From contig NW_026889750.1 of the NCBI RefSeq assembly GCF_033153115.1, positions 10,726,001-10,790,000 of the forward strand: a stretch of DNA of 64,000 nt, read 5' to 3'. The notes below the pieces were generated by a model. That model had not been told where the DNA came from. It saw nothing but the letters and a program-made list of their open reading frames with translations, and made no database searches. Shown here one piece after another: positions 14,242 through 27,800 of this stretch. Origin of the DNA: Saccostrea echinata (lineage: Eukaryota). The position numbers were made by a program, and so were the translations under genes. The stretch's first letter is position 1. Every line of letters starts with the position of its first letter.

Positions 14242-14260
14242 GTCATTTTATTTTTTTTTT
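14155..14260. repeat. Poly(T)/(CTT)n low-complexity tract
   Basis: Run of more than 40 T plus CTT units. Confidence 0.9.
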
Positions 14261-14689
14261 AAATTTGTACGGCGTATCAAAAGATATCTGAACAGTAAGG
14301 TGAGAAGATACATTATTTTCGTGCCATGTGTAGGTTATATTTAGTCTACGTTATCATTGATGAATTTAAATTTCATACAGATTTGACCTAACTGTGATCC
14401 TTACTCAAACCTGCGAGCTTTCGAGATAATTAGTAATCCTTCTGTGACAGTAATGATAAATAATCTTCACCTACATCTTCACCTTAAACTATTAACAGTT
14501 ATTACTACAAAAGGTCCCACAGCGCATCTTTCTCCTTTGAACCACTTCCATGCTCATCGCTTTTGCTGTGTTTAACATAAAATGTCCACCAAGTTGAAAC
14601 TGAAACAAGCCAACTATTTGATAAATTTAACCACAGATATGTAGCCTTTAAATATGTTACTTAAAGTTAATTGTACCTAAGACCAGAAT

Positions 14690-15650
14690 TCCTCCGTTAT
14701 TAGCAGACCTGTTTTTGTATTTATATGAAGCAAAATTTATTCAAAAACTTCTACATGAAAAGAAGAGGTCTCTCCAATTCAATATTTAGATATATCAAAG
14801 AAGTTTTTTTTTTAATTATAACAATATTCATTTTCATTCCTACGTTGATTCGCTAAAGCTATATCCCTTTGAATTCGAAATTAAAAAACACCATAGAGTT
14901 TGACACTTCTGTATCATATATGGATATTTCACTAGAGAAAAACATTAATGGCAAACTAACAACAAGACTTATGATAAACGTGAGAACTTAAACTTTTCTA
15001 TCAAAAACTTCCCTTATCTATATAGCAATATACCATTATCACCTGCATATATAATGTATGTCTCACAGTTGATTCGATACGAAAGAACATGTTCTACTTA
15101 ATTGTGATTGATTGATTGAGTGACTGTGTGTTGTTTCACGTCCAGTTCGAGAATTGTTCACACATATAGAAACGTCACCAGATACCGGTGAAGGGCTTCA
15201 AATTTAGACCTTTACTCGGCACTCAGGGCCATTGAGTAGCATTCTTTATTGAGCCAACGCCTGTCTTGACACGGGGCCTCGGTTTTTAAGGTCTCATCCG
15301 AAGGACCCGCAACTTTCACTTCAAAGTGCCGAGCGCTTGGCGAAGGAACAGTTGCTACCTATTTTTTTTTTATTGACTTAGGTCAGTCGCGGCCGTGATT
15401 CGAACACACGGCCTTCCGATCACGGAGCGAGGGTGTTCTACTTATGAAAAATTTCTGAAACAAGGCGGTCTATTTACAAATAAATTGATGATACAAGGAT
15501 ATCAACAATCTCGTTTAAAGTCAACATTTCACAAATTCTATGGTCCATACAATGATCCTGTTAGTAAATATATTCTATCATTAAGTAGAATGTTGATTGA
15601 CTTTTTTCATACAAATTGTAAGGCAATTTTTCTCACATTGAATTGTCTAG
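14690..15650 (+). mobile_element. Penelope-like RT fragment interrupted by a SINE
   Basis: PLLADLFLY-YEA-F at ~14691; LYDKR-; SQLIRYER|CSTYEKFL...FHKFYG continues across the SINE insertion. Confidence 0.8.
15101..15433 (-). mobile_element. Second SINE family (Meta-like plus Deu/Nin-like domains), 5'-truncated in the tRNA head
   Basis: B box gtgttcgaatc; extra block aaaataggtagcaactgttccttcgccaagcgctcggcac; shared ccttcggatgagacc...accgaggccccgtg; (AATC)n tail; 11-bp TSD tgttctactta (15090-15100, 15434-15444). Confidence 0.8.
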
Positions 15651-16857
15651 AGATTTTTCAGTTTGTCCGATGGTCTTGCAGTTTACAGGACATTTAATCG
15701 AAACATAGAACAGGAAAACGTGCAGCATTCCACTCCCATTTGATATTATATGTGACTGAAAAAAAAAGTTAAATAATCACATGCATTTGAAATACTTCCG
15801 CAGCAAGAACAATAAATCATCTCAGCAGGAGGACAGGAAATTCAAATTTCTTTCAAAAAGGGAGTTTATTTATTTATAGCAAGCAATACTGTAGCTAGTT
15901 TAAAGTGCAAAATTATTAAACATAAGTTAAATATTTCTTTAATTTTGACAATAAGAAAAAAAAGAGGGAGACCATATCAAGTCAAGTGGGAAACATTAAG
16001 ACCATGTGCCGCCTATAAATGGTATATTGATAAGGAAAGAAAATAGAAAAAGATAAAGTTATTCCGTTTATCAGGAACTTTAGATGTCTCTTGGAACACA
16101 AAAGCGGAATAATAAACTGAAAAAGGGGGGGGGGGGGATTGGAAATTTTCAAAACAAGTATTTGGTTTTTCGATAATGGAAACTGGTCTTTGAGACTTTA
16201 CTTACATATGACAAATTTGTTAAAGGAGGAAAGGAGAAGGACTTTAATTGTTGTCTCCAATATGCTTTGTCGGAGATTGATAGCATACTAGTATTTGAAC
16301 TATAGTGTAAGCAGCTTACAGATTGTTTAAAGTTGGTAATCATGAACTCTTACATTCTATTTCTAGCTGATAATAATTATTTTGAAGATTTTTTGCATGA
16401 TTATACTTCTTTTTGCAACAGAGCATTTACCTGATCTTTCAAAATTTCAAGGAATTCAAATTTTCAGCAGAATTCGAATATGCATGTTTCCAAAGCAGAA
16501 CATGCGTTATAAGCTTACGGTTGAATCAATTGATAATCGAAAATAAACAAGCTAGTTTTTCTGGTATCTGATCTGAAACAGATTTTATGGGCGGCGAGAA
16601 GTGTAAAAAAACGAACAATAAATTTGCAGAAAAACATAGTGAAATACAAAATAAACAGCTTAAGATAAAGTCAACAGACTCCGTCACAAATCGATAGATC
16701 ACTGATGCAAAACCAATAGTCATTTACAGAAATGACGCTCGATGGCATGCAAAAATTCTGACCAATCGCAATTTCCGGGACCTTTTTGACAATTTTTTGC
16801 GAGCTCTGTCGGAAAGGCCTAAGAAGCTGATAACCTGAATTAATGCTACGTCTGTTA

Positions 16858-17256
16858 TGAAAAGGTGAAGGTGAAGATAACCAACAATGATCGATCTCAA
16901 AAAACTACAAACAATACAAAATCTGTAAACAGGGCTTAAAGCAGGAGTCCCTGGAAATTCCAGAGGTGGGATCAGGTGCCTAGGGGGAATAAGGATCCCC
17001 TCTCGACCAGTCACATCCGCCTTGATCCCTAGGTATTGATCATCGATCAGGTAGACGGAATATTCCGAATTTAGTATGAAAACAAAGGTCTAGCATTTCG
17101 TATGAAATTTATCAGTCAAAGTACGACACAATGATAGGTTATATTTTCTAACAAGGTCTTATAACGACGATAGAATTCATAAAATGCTGACTGCAACATC
17201 AACCTATCTATCAATAACTTGCCTCGGTTAAAAATTTATTGTAATCAAAGCATGCT

Positions 17257-17261
<5 letters not shown>
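16858..17261 (-). mobile_element. Penelope-like element 3' fragment
   Basis: Reverse complement encodes an ARAC-Y-KF-RGKLL remnant and carries the conserved 3' block gtgactggtcgagaggggatccttattccccctaggcacctgatccc. Confidence 0.75.
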
Positions 17262-17313
<52 letters not shown>

Positions 17314-18746
17314 TTTTCATTTCACAAGCTGGTTCACAAATTACGTGTCCTGCATTGACATATGTACTAGTACTTTCCTTTTACATTTTCCACATGTTGC
17401 AAACCACAGATATTGTGTTCACTCTAATTAGATATTTCTTTGCACCGCTTACGTACTGGCAAAATAATATGCATATTTTATATAGCTTTATATATAAGCT
17501 TTAGTGTTTAATATGATATGTGATTTTTTAATCTTCAAGTTTTTTTTTACACATAAATGGACTTTTTCTGCAATCAAAATAAACTTCGTCAGATTCAAGG
17601 TATACAAACACCTGAAAGGGACGATTTCATCTTCACAACTGTTAAAATTTTGTATGTGTTTCTCAGTTGCATTCATTCCTTGATCAAACACATGTACAAG
17701 GTTTATGAAGTTATGAAGGTTTATTTCTAATTTAAATCAGTAGTTTCACACATTCGTGCACACAAACAAAACAAACTCAGAAATGGTTTTGTTTATATTT
17801 GGGGGGGGGGGGGACAACAAAAACAAGACTTACGAATTTTAATCTCAATTTGAGATGTGGGTTGGCGGGTGGGTGAAAAAATGCGGAGTGTAAATAAACA
17901 GGTCTGTCATCTTTCATAAAAATATTGTGATATTTCTTACGCAAATTTGTACATGAAAATTTTGATATTTTTATGCAAAAATTGTACATGACAAGTAATT
18001 GTCATAAATTATTTTCTTTTGTATTTTGCACAGATCTGTAAAGTTGGATTGTTAAAACAAACAAGTTATGATAGCACAATTTGCTAAATACAAATGTACA
18101 ATCTACAAATTAAATTTCACATGAATATATCTAAGAAATTAGTTGAACCTTTTGGCTTTCCATAATTCAGAGACATGCCCGCCTTCTAGATTTAATTCAG
18201 ATTGTGTCTGTTCTGTTTTGCACGCCATGTAGCATTAATTCAATAAACAACTGCTAGTTTTGCATCATGATCATTTTGAATTTGTATTTCACCATGTTTT
18301 TGCAAAATTAATTGTTCGTTTTGCATTGACGTCTGATTTGCTTCATTCCATAGTTTTTCGCGTATGCAAAACAAAAGGAACATCATCAGTAAAATAAGAT
18401 ATCAAGTTCATTCCCATTCATCATATATCAAATCGATTTGATACAATTGGTATTTTGAGGCCGGGTTTGAATTGATAGATCATTAATTGATCATTTAATA
18501 AATGTTTAACATAATGTACATGTCAGGATGATATACAAAGCTAAACATCGCGCTTTGATTGATGGCAGTTGGCTTCACAAAGTGTACTTAATACTACTAA
18601 TACCATTATGAATGCCAAAAAATCATTCCAATCTCTGGAATTTAACTCGTTAAGCCAATATCAAAAACAATATTAGAAGGTTTCATTTCATTTTCGTCTA
18701 TCTTTCTTTAATTAATTAATCACTTAGATGTCTTTTATTCGTTATC

Positions 18747-18818
18747 AAGAGAAGGAAATGATCCCAGTTTCGAACATTTTGAAGAGAAGGAAATGATCCC
18801 AATTTCGAACATTTTGAA
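18747..18818. repeat. 35-bp tandem duplication
   Basis: aagagaaggaaatgatccca(g/a)tttcgaacattttg twice. Confidence 0.9.
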
Positions 18819-20076
18819 TCTTCATCCATAGACATATGATATGCACAATAGTAAACATTACTGGAAGGAAGTTAATCGCGAACTTCGTTAAAACGTATGC
18901 TTGCAAAAAAAAGTTTGTTTACATTGAAAGACCCATAAAAATTGAGTGAGACTGTTTGTTTCTTAAAATGAACATTATGAGTTGTCTCTGATGCCCCTTT
19001 TTCCAGATCAGACAAGACTGTGGAAACATACATGTATATCAACACAACCAAAATATGGAATAATCAAATGCAAGGTTCAACTTTCAAACTTTATTAATGT
19101 TTGAAAGTTAACTTATTGTTTAACTTACAAACAATTTATATTTTGCTTTCTCATTTGATATTGCGTCTAAAATAGCCATTAAAGAAGTGCGTTATCAAAT
19201 TTAAATGTACCAGCAGACAAAAAATCTAAAGATTTGTGGATTGAAAGACACAACAATGCCTCAAAATGTGAATTTGTTTATATGAGCATTAAATCATCCA
19301 AAACGCATCTAAGTTTCGTCTATAATAACAATTTATATACATATATCATTTTGATTCTCAGATTGGTGCCAAAGCATGAAATTCCTCCACAAAATTTATG
19401 ATATGGTAAGGAAATACAAACTAGCTTCCACCTTAACGATGACAAATGCTACAGTTCTTGGAAGTTTTTTCGGCCAATTACGGAGACTATTACAATAACA
19501 AATCCTAAGATAGCGTAAAAAGGTAGTAATTTACATAACCAGTTTTGATTTATTTATTATTTCCAAACCTTCAGGTGTATGTTCATCAATTTGTTTAAAA
19601 ACCATTTATTAACACATTTGCATTCACTTTGTTCTTTCTCTGGTTCGTAGTTCTTGCTTCTTTTCAGGCAAAATATGCATCTTGGTGTAAAACACAGTGA
19701 TAGTGTGGTCAGAAAATAGTTTCTTCCTCGTTTATTCTTAACTACACATCTTGATTTTATATGAAAAATTTTAGGTTTTAGTGAACAGAAGAAAAATATA
19801 AAAACAGACGATATCATATACTTCTGGAATATAACACTTTTCTATTTATTTCTCTCTTTTTTTAAAAAAAAAAAATGCTTATTATAGTTTCCATTAGTTT
19901 CCATTAGAATAGCGCGTGACTCTTTGATATGTAATATCATGAACATGTACTCTATGTTGTTTGTTTCTTAATAGCAGAAACTTTTCAGACTGCAAACTTT
20001 TTTTCAAACGAATCGGTAAAATCTTTGAAATCCTAGGTTTAACTCTTTCTGTATCAGATCTTGAATGTAGACACTA

Positions 20077-20127
20077 TACAAGATACAAGATACTTTATTG
20101 ACCAATCAAGGGCCCCTGAGGGCATTG
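20077..20127 (-). mobile_element. Extreme 3' end of a CR1/L2-type LINE (or partner SINE tail)
   Basis: Reverse complement: gccctcaggggc stem-loop, then AATAAA, then (TATCTTG)n tail. Confidence 0.5.
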
Positions 20128-21404
20128 TTTTTTCACACATAAAAGTAGAATTTAAACAGAAAACCATAATAATGCCTATTTATATTTAGCTATAATCAAG
20201 CTACATTGTATCTGGTGTCGATGGTCCTATGATAGCACATACATGTAATGGTAAATGTTAATACATGTACATGTATATGTATTTATACATTTGAATGTTC
20301 TACAGCGTATATGTGACAACTTTAACGTTAAAGTATATAAAAGAGACAGAAAGTTGCAATGTTGCATTACATGTATTTAAAATCGTTAATATTTGTATTT
20401 GTTTTTTGTATTAGTGGAGTTCCAGTGTTTTATGCCTGTAATTGTGATTTGTAAAGACTGTTTTTATTATGTTTCTTCTTTTGTTACTCTTGAAAAAAAG
20501 GTCTGCATTTCATAAATACATGTTAAAATCATTTGACGCTATGATATTCTAGATTAACAACATTCTGTGTCATTTACAGTATATCTTACGTGTCATTTGG
20601 TACCTAAAGAATAAATTACTTTTATTCTGCGACTGCACATAAAAATAGCAAATTCATATGTTTATTTATAAATGCAATGCTGTAGAAAATAAAGCATTTT
20701 CATGGAATTCGATTTGAAATCATGTGAAAAGTTATCCCGATACCTACATGTATATTCAATTTAATATTATTTTATAGGAGAGGCCAAGAACATACAAATT
20801 ACCGTTTTCTGAGAGACTGTACGCAATCTGGATACATTTCCCTTGTCTGATACGGAAAAAACTCCCGTAGTCTTGACTGGTTTTCTTAATTTTTCATTGA
20901 AAATAACAGTTTAAAATAAAATCTTTTGTCTTGTTTACTTACAAATTATGCCCCGAAACACCTTATTTGACCAAGCTAAAGTTATAAAGCATCATAAAAG
21001 GAATTTATTTCTCAAATTTGAGAAATCTGTAGGCACCTTTCATTTACTAGATCTTGACCTTGATAAGTGTGCTACACTTTAAATTTGTAACATTGTACAT
21101 GTGATATGTTTTGGGCCCCTACTTAATACTATTCAACAATGAAAAAGCCGCCCCACATGTTTATGATTCTTTTTAAATAAAAGTCAATCTTTGTATTGTT
21201 GTACTGGGATGTTTATCAAAATAGATAAAGAAGAAAAAAATAATTTTCAGACAGCATGAAATGACTACAATACACTCCATGTCTTTTTTATTACTAAAAG
21301 GGGGAATAAGGAAACGGAAAGCATTATTAAGTTCGAATCCAAGGCCATTGAGTGCGGTCGCACCAACTTTAAAAAAATCTTGAAAATATATCTTTTTGAA
21401 AATG

Positions 21405-22985
21405 TAAAATGAATGAAATGTGTGGAGATAACGAAAGGTATTCAAGCTCAAAAGTCCATTAAACAATACAAATTTTGGAGCAGAGCAACATGGACCTCTT
21501 AAACATCAGAGGCGGGATCTGGTGCCATGGAGGAGTGAGCGTCTCCTGCCGACCGGTCACACCCGCCGTGTGCTCCTTGTCATGTTTGGGAAATAACGGA
21601 AAAACCCGTCGACAATGCAGTGTTTAAATATGGCCTAACAATTAACATGAAAAACGTCAGTCAGCATATGACTTAATGAATGACATAATGATAGATTGTA
21701 TTTGCTGACGAGGTCATTGTATCGACCATAGAACTTACGAAATGATTTTTTTAAACGAGACTGTTGATATTCTTGTTTCATCAACTTGTTTGTCAATAAC
21801 TTACCTCGTTTTAGAAATAGCTCATACGTAGAGCATGCTCTTGCGTATCGAATCAACTGAGAGATATAAACCCCGTATGCAGGTGATGAAGCTACATGTA
21901 TATTGCTGCATAAGTAAGGGGAATTGACGATTGAAAAGTTAAAGTCATCACGTTTATCATAAAGCTTGGTTGTTAGATTACCATTAACGTCTTTTTCTAG
22001 TAAAAATATCCAAATATGAAACAGGTGTGTCAGACTCTGTGGTATCTTTTATTTCAAGCTCACTGCGATGTATTGTATCGACATAAGAATGGAAATAACC
22101 ATTGTTAATTGACAATACGTCGTCGATATATCTAAATGTCGAGTTGAAGGCCACAGCAAGTGTATTTTTTCTTTTCACGTATAGGATTTTGAACAAATTC
22201 TGCTTCATATGAATACGAAAATAGGTCTGCTAAGAACGGGGCGCAATTGGTTCCCATGGAAATTCCAATAGATTGTTGGAAGACCTGGTTTCCAAAAACC
22301 ACATAGATATTGTCAATCAGAAACTCAAGCATCTTTTTAATATCAACTTCAGAGTACTTGTGTGTACAATCAGAATGTTTTTTTAACAAAATAATTTTGC
22401 AAATGACCAATGACAAGGTAAGTAAATTTACGAGTTCCATTTTTATTGAAAAAGCAGCAGTCATTGATATCAAAGAGCCTGGACTTTAATTTATCGTGGG
22501 GAATGGTTGTACATAAAGTTGAAAAGTCGTAAGTTTTTATGTTGTTGATTTTGGTAAAATTTTGTGATAATAAATTTTCCAAAAGTTCCTAAAAATATTT
22601 AAGTATCCATATCTGATTTACACCACTTCTCGAATATATTGTTGCACAGTAGTCCTGAAGTTTCTCCTTCACTACTGTTTATATTAAAGTGAGGAATAAA
22701 GAAAGAGGCTTGGTAGAACACCCGCTATGTATCTTTGTTTGTAAGGATTTTTATGAAGTTTCGGAATCCAGTATAGATATGGTAATTCAAATTCATAATG
22801 GTTGTTGGGAATATCAATAATATTTAAAACTGGCAAATGATTTTGAAGACTTTCCTCTTTAGAAAGGGAGCTTAGGGTATAAGTTGGATTACCACTTGTT
22901 GAATTAAATCCCAGTTCCTCTAAAATACAATATAAATAATGAGCATTACAAACAAAGACAATGTTGTTACTTGCTTCGTCAGCAG
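21405..22985 (-). mobile_element. Penelope-like retroelement (Naiad-like: RT with no C-terminal endonuclease), decayed
   Basis: PADEASNNIVFVC; KTYDFSTL-T-IPHDKLK; QQSIGISMGTNCAPFLADLF; FRYIDDVL; YGVYISQLIRYARACS; ORF stops after the thumb; multiple frameshifts. Confidence 0.9.
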
Positions 22986-23627
22986 GTAAAAATCTATTTT
23001 AGGTAATAACTTCAAGAATGCATCAGAACCGCAAAATGGTACCCATTTATATAAACATGTATTTAAATACCTGTTCAGGGGAGGGGTACCCCTGACAGAC
23101 CCTTCCCACCCTTTTCCGGAAACCTTCCAGTGAAATTATATCTACATTGTATCAAATATTTAATATCAGATCCTGTTTTACAAGTTATATAATGTATTGC
23201 AAGCTGTTTTTGTTCTCTTTTTTTCTTTTTTCTTTTTTTTTTTTTTTGTTTTGTGTAACATTATTCATCCTGTCTGCAATATTGTCCACCTATTGTTGAG
23301 TCATATATGACGGAAATATTTGCGACAGAGCCTTTGAGCGGCATAGGACTATAACTATATACAAAGTCTGCTTAAAACGGGTCAATTTGCACTTAAAATA
23401 GTTTGCGAAAAATTAGAAGAATTGTATAACAAGCATTAAACTTTTTTTTCAGCACACTGTCCCATAACTTACAAAGGATATTGAACCCAATAAATGGTCG
23501 CTTAGACGAAGTTAACAATTTGTGAAAGCTCAAACCACCTCATGTTTTTTTTTTAATGAGAGGATGCTGTCGTTAATTATCAATTCAATGTTACACAAAG
23601 TCCAATCGCTGCGAAATATTGCTTTGT

Positions 23628-23662
<35 letters not shown>

Positions 23663-24467
23663 TATGGCTTTTTTGTATTCTTTGGTTTAAATCATATTTT
23701 GATTGAATTTTTTTTCTATACAAAAGTTTACAATGTTATTTATTGAAGAATTTGGTAACAAGAAGTTTTATTTACATATCTCCATATTTTATTTACAGCA
23801 ATGTTCAAGGACCCCCTTTTACTATTACAATAAAGCAGTGGGAGATTAACAAAGAATGATTTTACGATATTCCAGATTATATCTTCTTTCAATTTTATAT
23901 ATACAGAAGAAAAACACATAAATACCAGCAAAATCCATTTTATAGTCGTTAACATTATAACGAATACATCCGTATACAAACATGTATATTAAGGTTTTTG
24001 AGAAAGATTTATTTTTAACTCTGAAAAAATCATTTCTATAAATTGTGCAGAAATTTTAATTATATTTTCATAAGGGGTTATGAAATAGTAGTAAATTGGG
24101 GAAAAAAATTACATGATAGCATGTTTCGCTCATAAAAATACCCTTGAAGGACTGAAAATTTCATAACAAAATACTAAATTGTTATTGGAGTAATATTAAG
24201 GGCCATATTTTGGGGTTGGTGAATTTTGTTCTTTGATCATTAGCAAAATCTGTATCAAACCAAATATTTTCGCTTTAGTCTGAACTTCAAATATATTATG
24301 TGTATAGCATTTGTTAACATTTCTATAATTGACACAGGTTAATGCACAATATATATTTTGTTCGAGTTTTCTGCAAACAATAGAGGACATCCAGTGACAT
24401 AAATTACCTTTTACAATTGCACCAGTTGATTTAAGAGTTTGGGTGAAAGACACGTACGTTCTATTGC

Positions 24468-24846
24468 TTTTACTAGGTCACCCGATCGCCCGCGTGGCGC
24501 AGTGGTTAGAGCGTTCGCTCTAGAGTCGCGGAGTAAGGAGTTGATCCTTACGTCGCGGGTTCGAATCCCTCTGTGGGACGTGGAGACCGGTCCTTCAGAT
24601 GAGACCGCATAAACCGAGGTCACGTGTCGCAGTAGGTGCTGGCACGAAGAAGATCCCTCACTGCTCAATGGCCCTAAGTGCCGAGTATAGGTCAAAATTT
24701 GTAGCTCCCAAAGTGGTGGCGTCTCCATATGAGTGAAAAACTCTCGAGAGGAACGTTAAACAATAAACAAATAAGTAGCTCCGAGTTTCTCAAAGCCAAG
24801 AAACCTATGATACGCAGGTGACCGTCAAAGCCCTGGGCCTCTTGTT
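24468..24846 (+). mobile_element. Remnant Helentron-type non-autonomous element (ends only) hosting a SINE
   Basis: 5' tttactaggtcacccga and 3' caggtgaccgtcaaagccctgggcctcttgtt resemble the ends of the element at 51611-52842. Confidence 0.5.
24485..24775 (+). mobile_element. tRNA-derived Deu/Nin-type SINE (copy 3)
   Basis: Same head, body and tail as copies 1 and 2, with slightly more divergence. Confidence 0.9.
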
Positions 24847-27800
24847 TTTCATTTTGGTAGATATTGAAGCATGCTATGTGTAAAGGTATACCCTACGAAA
24901 ATAAATGAGCAAAAATTTGTCAAGAGCCATGCAGACGGCTTATTGTATTAATATTTAATATAGCATCATTCATATATTGCATAATTTCTAACGAGCATGC
25001 ATTTGCACAAGATACAACCTGTCCTGATTACATGTTTTTCGTTCTTCCGCTAGAAGACTTCAAATTTGGTGAATGAATATTATGAATCACATTAATTATC
25101 GAAATGTGTCATTATAAATCTAAGTCTTGTATTAAATTAATGATAAAAAATAAGATATATATGTTGATGTTAAAAATTGATATATCACTACAGCTAAAGC
25201 ATAATTTGTAATAATTTGCTCCACGGATGAGTTAAAGGAAGGAGAATAAAAACGAACGTTACCGCAAAATTGAATATGCTAAGCGTGACAAACTGCTACT
25301 TAGTAGTAAGGCATGGTGATCAACGTAATTAATTTAATTAGTCCATTGGTTACTAGCCGGAAAAAAAAAACTTTTGAATGAATCTTAAGTATGAAGGTGT
25401 AGTTCACAACAATTTGTCAGATGTATCTCCGCCCATGCGTAAGTGAGGCGCAAGATATAAGCAATAATTAGCCATGATACAAGTTAATTACTCCAAACAC
25501 ATTATCTTTATGGGCTAGGAAGAGAAGTAGGCAGTCTTTCTTCTCTGGATTAATATTTAGTGCTGACAGCTCTTACATTTTTCTTTTTAAAAGCTTTCAT
25601 TTCAACATTTCTCAAAATTTTGTGTTTTCGTGGCTATGGTCCTCTAGTGCAGACAAGAGAAAATCCTCTGAGGTAAGCTCTTCGTATACACGTATATCTA
25701 ACCTCAGACTTCACCGTTTGGTCCATAGTTTTGTATCAAATCTCTAACCTCTTGAATGCTATTATATTCAAATACCGTAAGGTCATTGAAAGATAAATGC
25801 AGTTTTTCATTATCAATATTTCTTTCCTTTTCCCCATGTGGGTTGAAACTTCTCATGAAAATGTGGTTGCAAAATATCAAACGTCTACATTAAGTCCTAA
25901 AAAAAAAATAAGGAACAACAAATTTATGTTTATTGACTTTGTCCACACATGGTACGAGGAAAAGGAGACTGTATTTCGTACTGGTCTATGCAGATCTTAT
26001 CGTGCCATTGAACTATAAAAACTGGTACTGGCGACGCTGATGCTAGGGATTTTACCATCAATGTGTGACTCCTAATTATTACAAACGATTCGTCAAGGAA
26101 ACACCTGGCCAGAAGGACTCTATCTCCTTATAGAAGAATACTAACAATACTTCTGTAGATAGCGTTCAAATCGAAACATTGAGTCCAGAAAGAAAAAAGA
26201 TAGAAATGTATCTATTGAAAAGAGCATGTACAAAAATTCAATAAAGCATGTATTTTAAGTATCGTAAATATATAAACATTTGTATCCATGTTTATTTAAT
26301 ACAAATATTCAAAAAACCTTATGTGAAGTGCATTCCATGTTGGTCTATTGTCTTTACTTACACCTTAATGTCTAAAACGTATCTATGAAAAGTCAGTGTT
26401 CAGTAGGCGTTAACTGTGCATCGAGACATACTGCATTCATTTCTATTTTTTATGACTGAATGAAGTGAGACAAGGGCGTCTTCTTTGCCATGACTGCTCT
26501 GTGTTAAAATGTACATAAATATGTAGTCGTATATCAGACTTATTGATCTTGAAGAAAATGAGACATTGGTTCACCTCAATAAGAGCTACATGTAGCATTT
26601 TGTACAAACTAATTTCTTTTAAGAAAAAAAAATTATCAGAAAATGTGTATTTCGTATACAAATGTGTTTATATTAATGGTAATGTCCCTCTGGGCTCGAT
26701 TTGGTGTAAAACATGAAGGAAACATCGTTCATCGGTGTGGCATAAATGTTGCCGATTCTTGTATAACAAGATGTTAATGATTGTAATCCTGTCTTTCAAA
26801 AACAATTGTAACCTAAATAAAAAGCATTTACTACATTACAAGCGGTCGCTCGGGAAGCAAAATTACAGATATGTGTTAGAAACAGCATTACATGTTTATG
26901 TTCATTTGTGTATGAGCATTAAGGTCAAATTGTATAAATTCTCATTCGACAGAGTCTTTGTTCATATTTTGTAATGGTTTTTAATTCTTTTTTCATTAAC
27001 TTGGGTGGAATCATTGATCATTGATTTTATTTTTTTTTTTTTTAGATAAATATAGAAAGAAACAATTAAACAAACAAAAATTTTAAGAAAAAAAGATTGA
27101 TACTCTTGAAAGAAGTAATAAACAAATAATTTATATAAATGATTCGCAATTAAAATTTAAATCATGGTTTATATATAGATACTATTCATAGTTGGATACT
27201 ATTTATAAACGCTGTGCCATATGAATTTGGTTTAACCTTATGTGCAGTTGGATTAATTTTATTAGAAACGGTTTAAAGGTGCTATGATTATACATCATTA
27301 ATGTTTAGCTTGAATTGTAGCTGACAGGGGGGTTTTCCCCGGTGAAATTGATAAGTGCATTTTTTCTTTTACAATGTGTGTGAATATAATTCTAAATTTA
27401 AATATTTCTTTTTGGTTTGTTATATTTTATTATTTCAAACTTGATTAATAATCAAACAAAATAGTAATAATTATTGCACTCTTTTTTTACATAAAGAATA
27501 AAAGAATCTAACATTTTATAAATATTCTTTTTTATTTTAACAATTTTAGAGATACAGAAAACATCCCTCATAAAAAGAATTATGTGGCACCTACATGTAT
27601 TCTATCGTGTCCTTTTATAACTATTTTACTTTTTCTAGACATATGAATCCTTCTAAGATTGAATAGGTGACCATATTTATTACCAACATTTTACATAATA
27701 AATTTCCCATTGAATGAGTCAGAAAAGAAACCTTTTTTTTTTTTTCATGCATCCGGATTTTGTCTGAGTTACACGATAAATAATTACGTTCAGCATCTAT

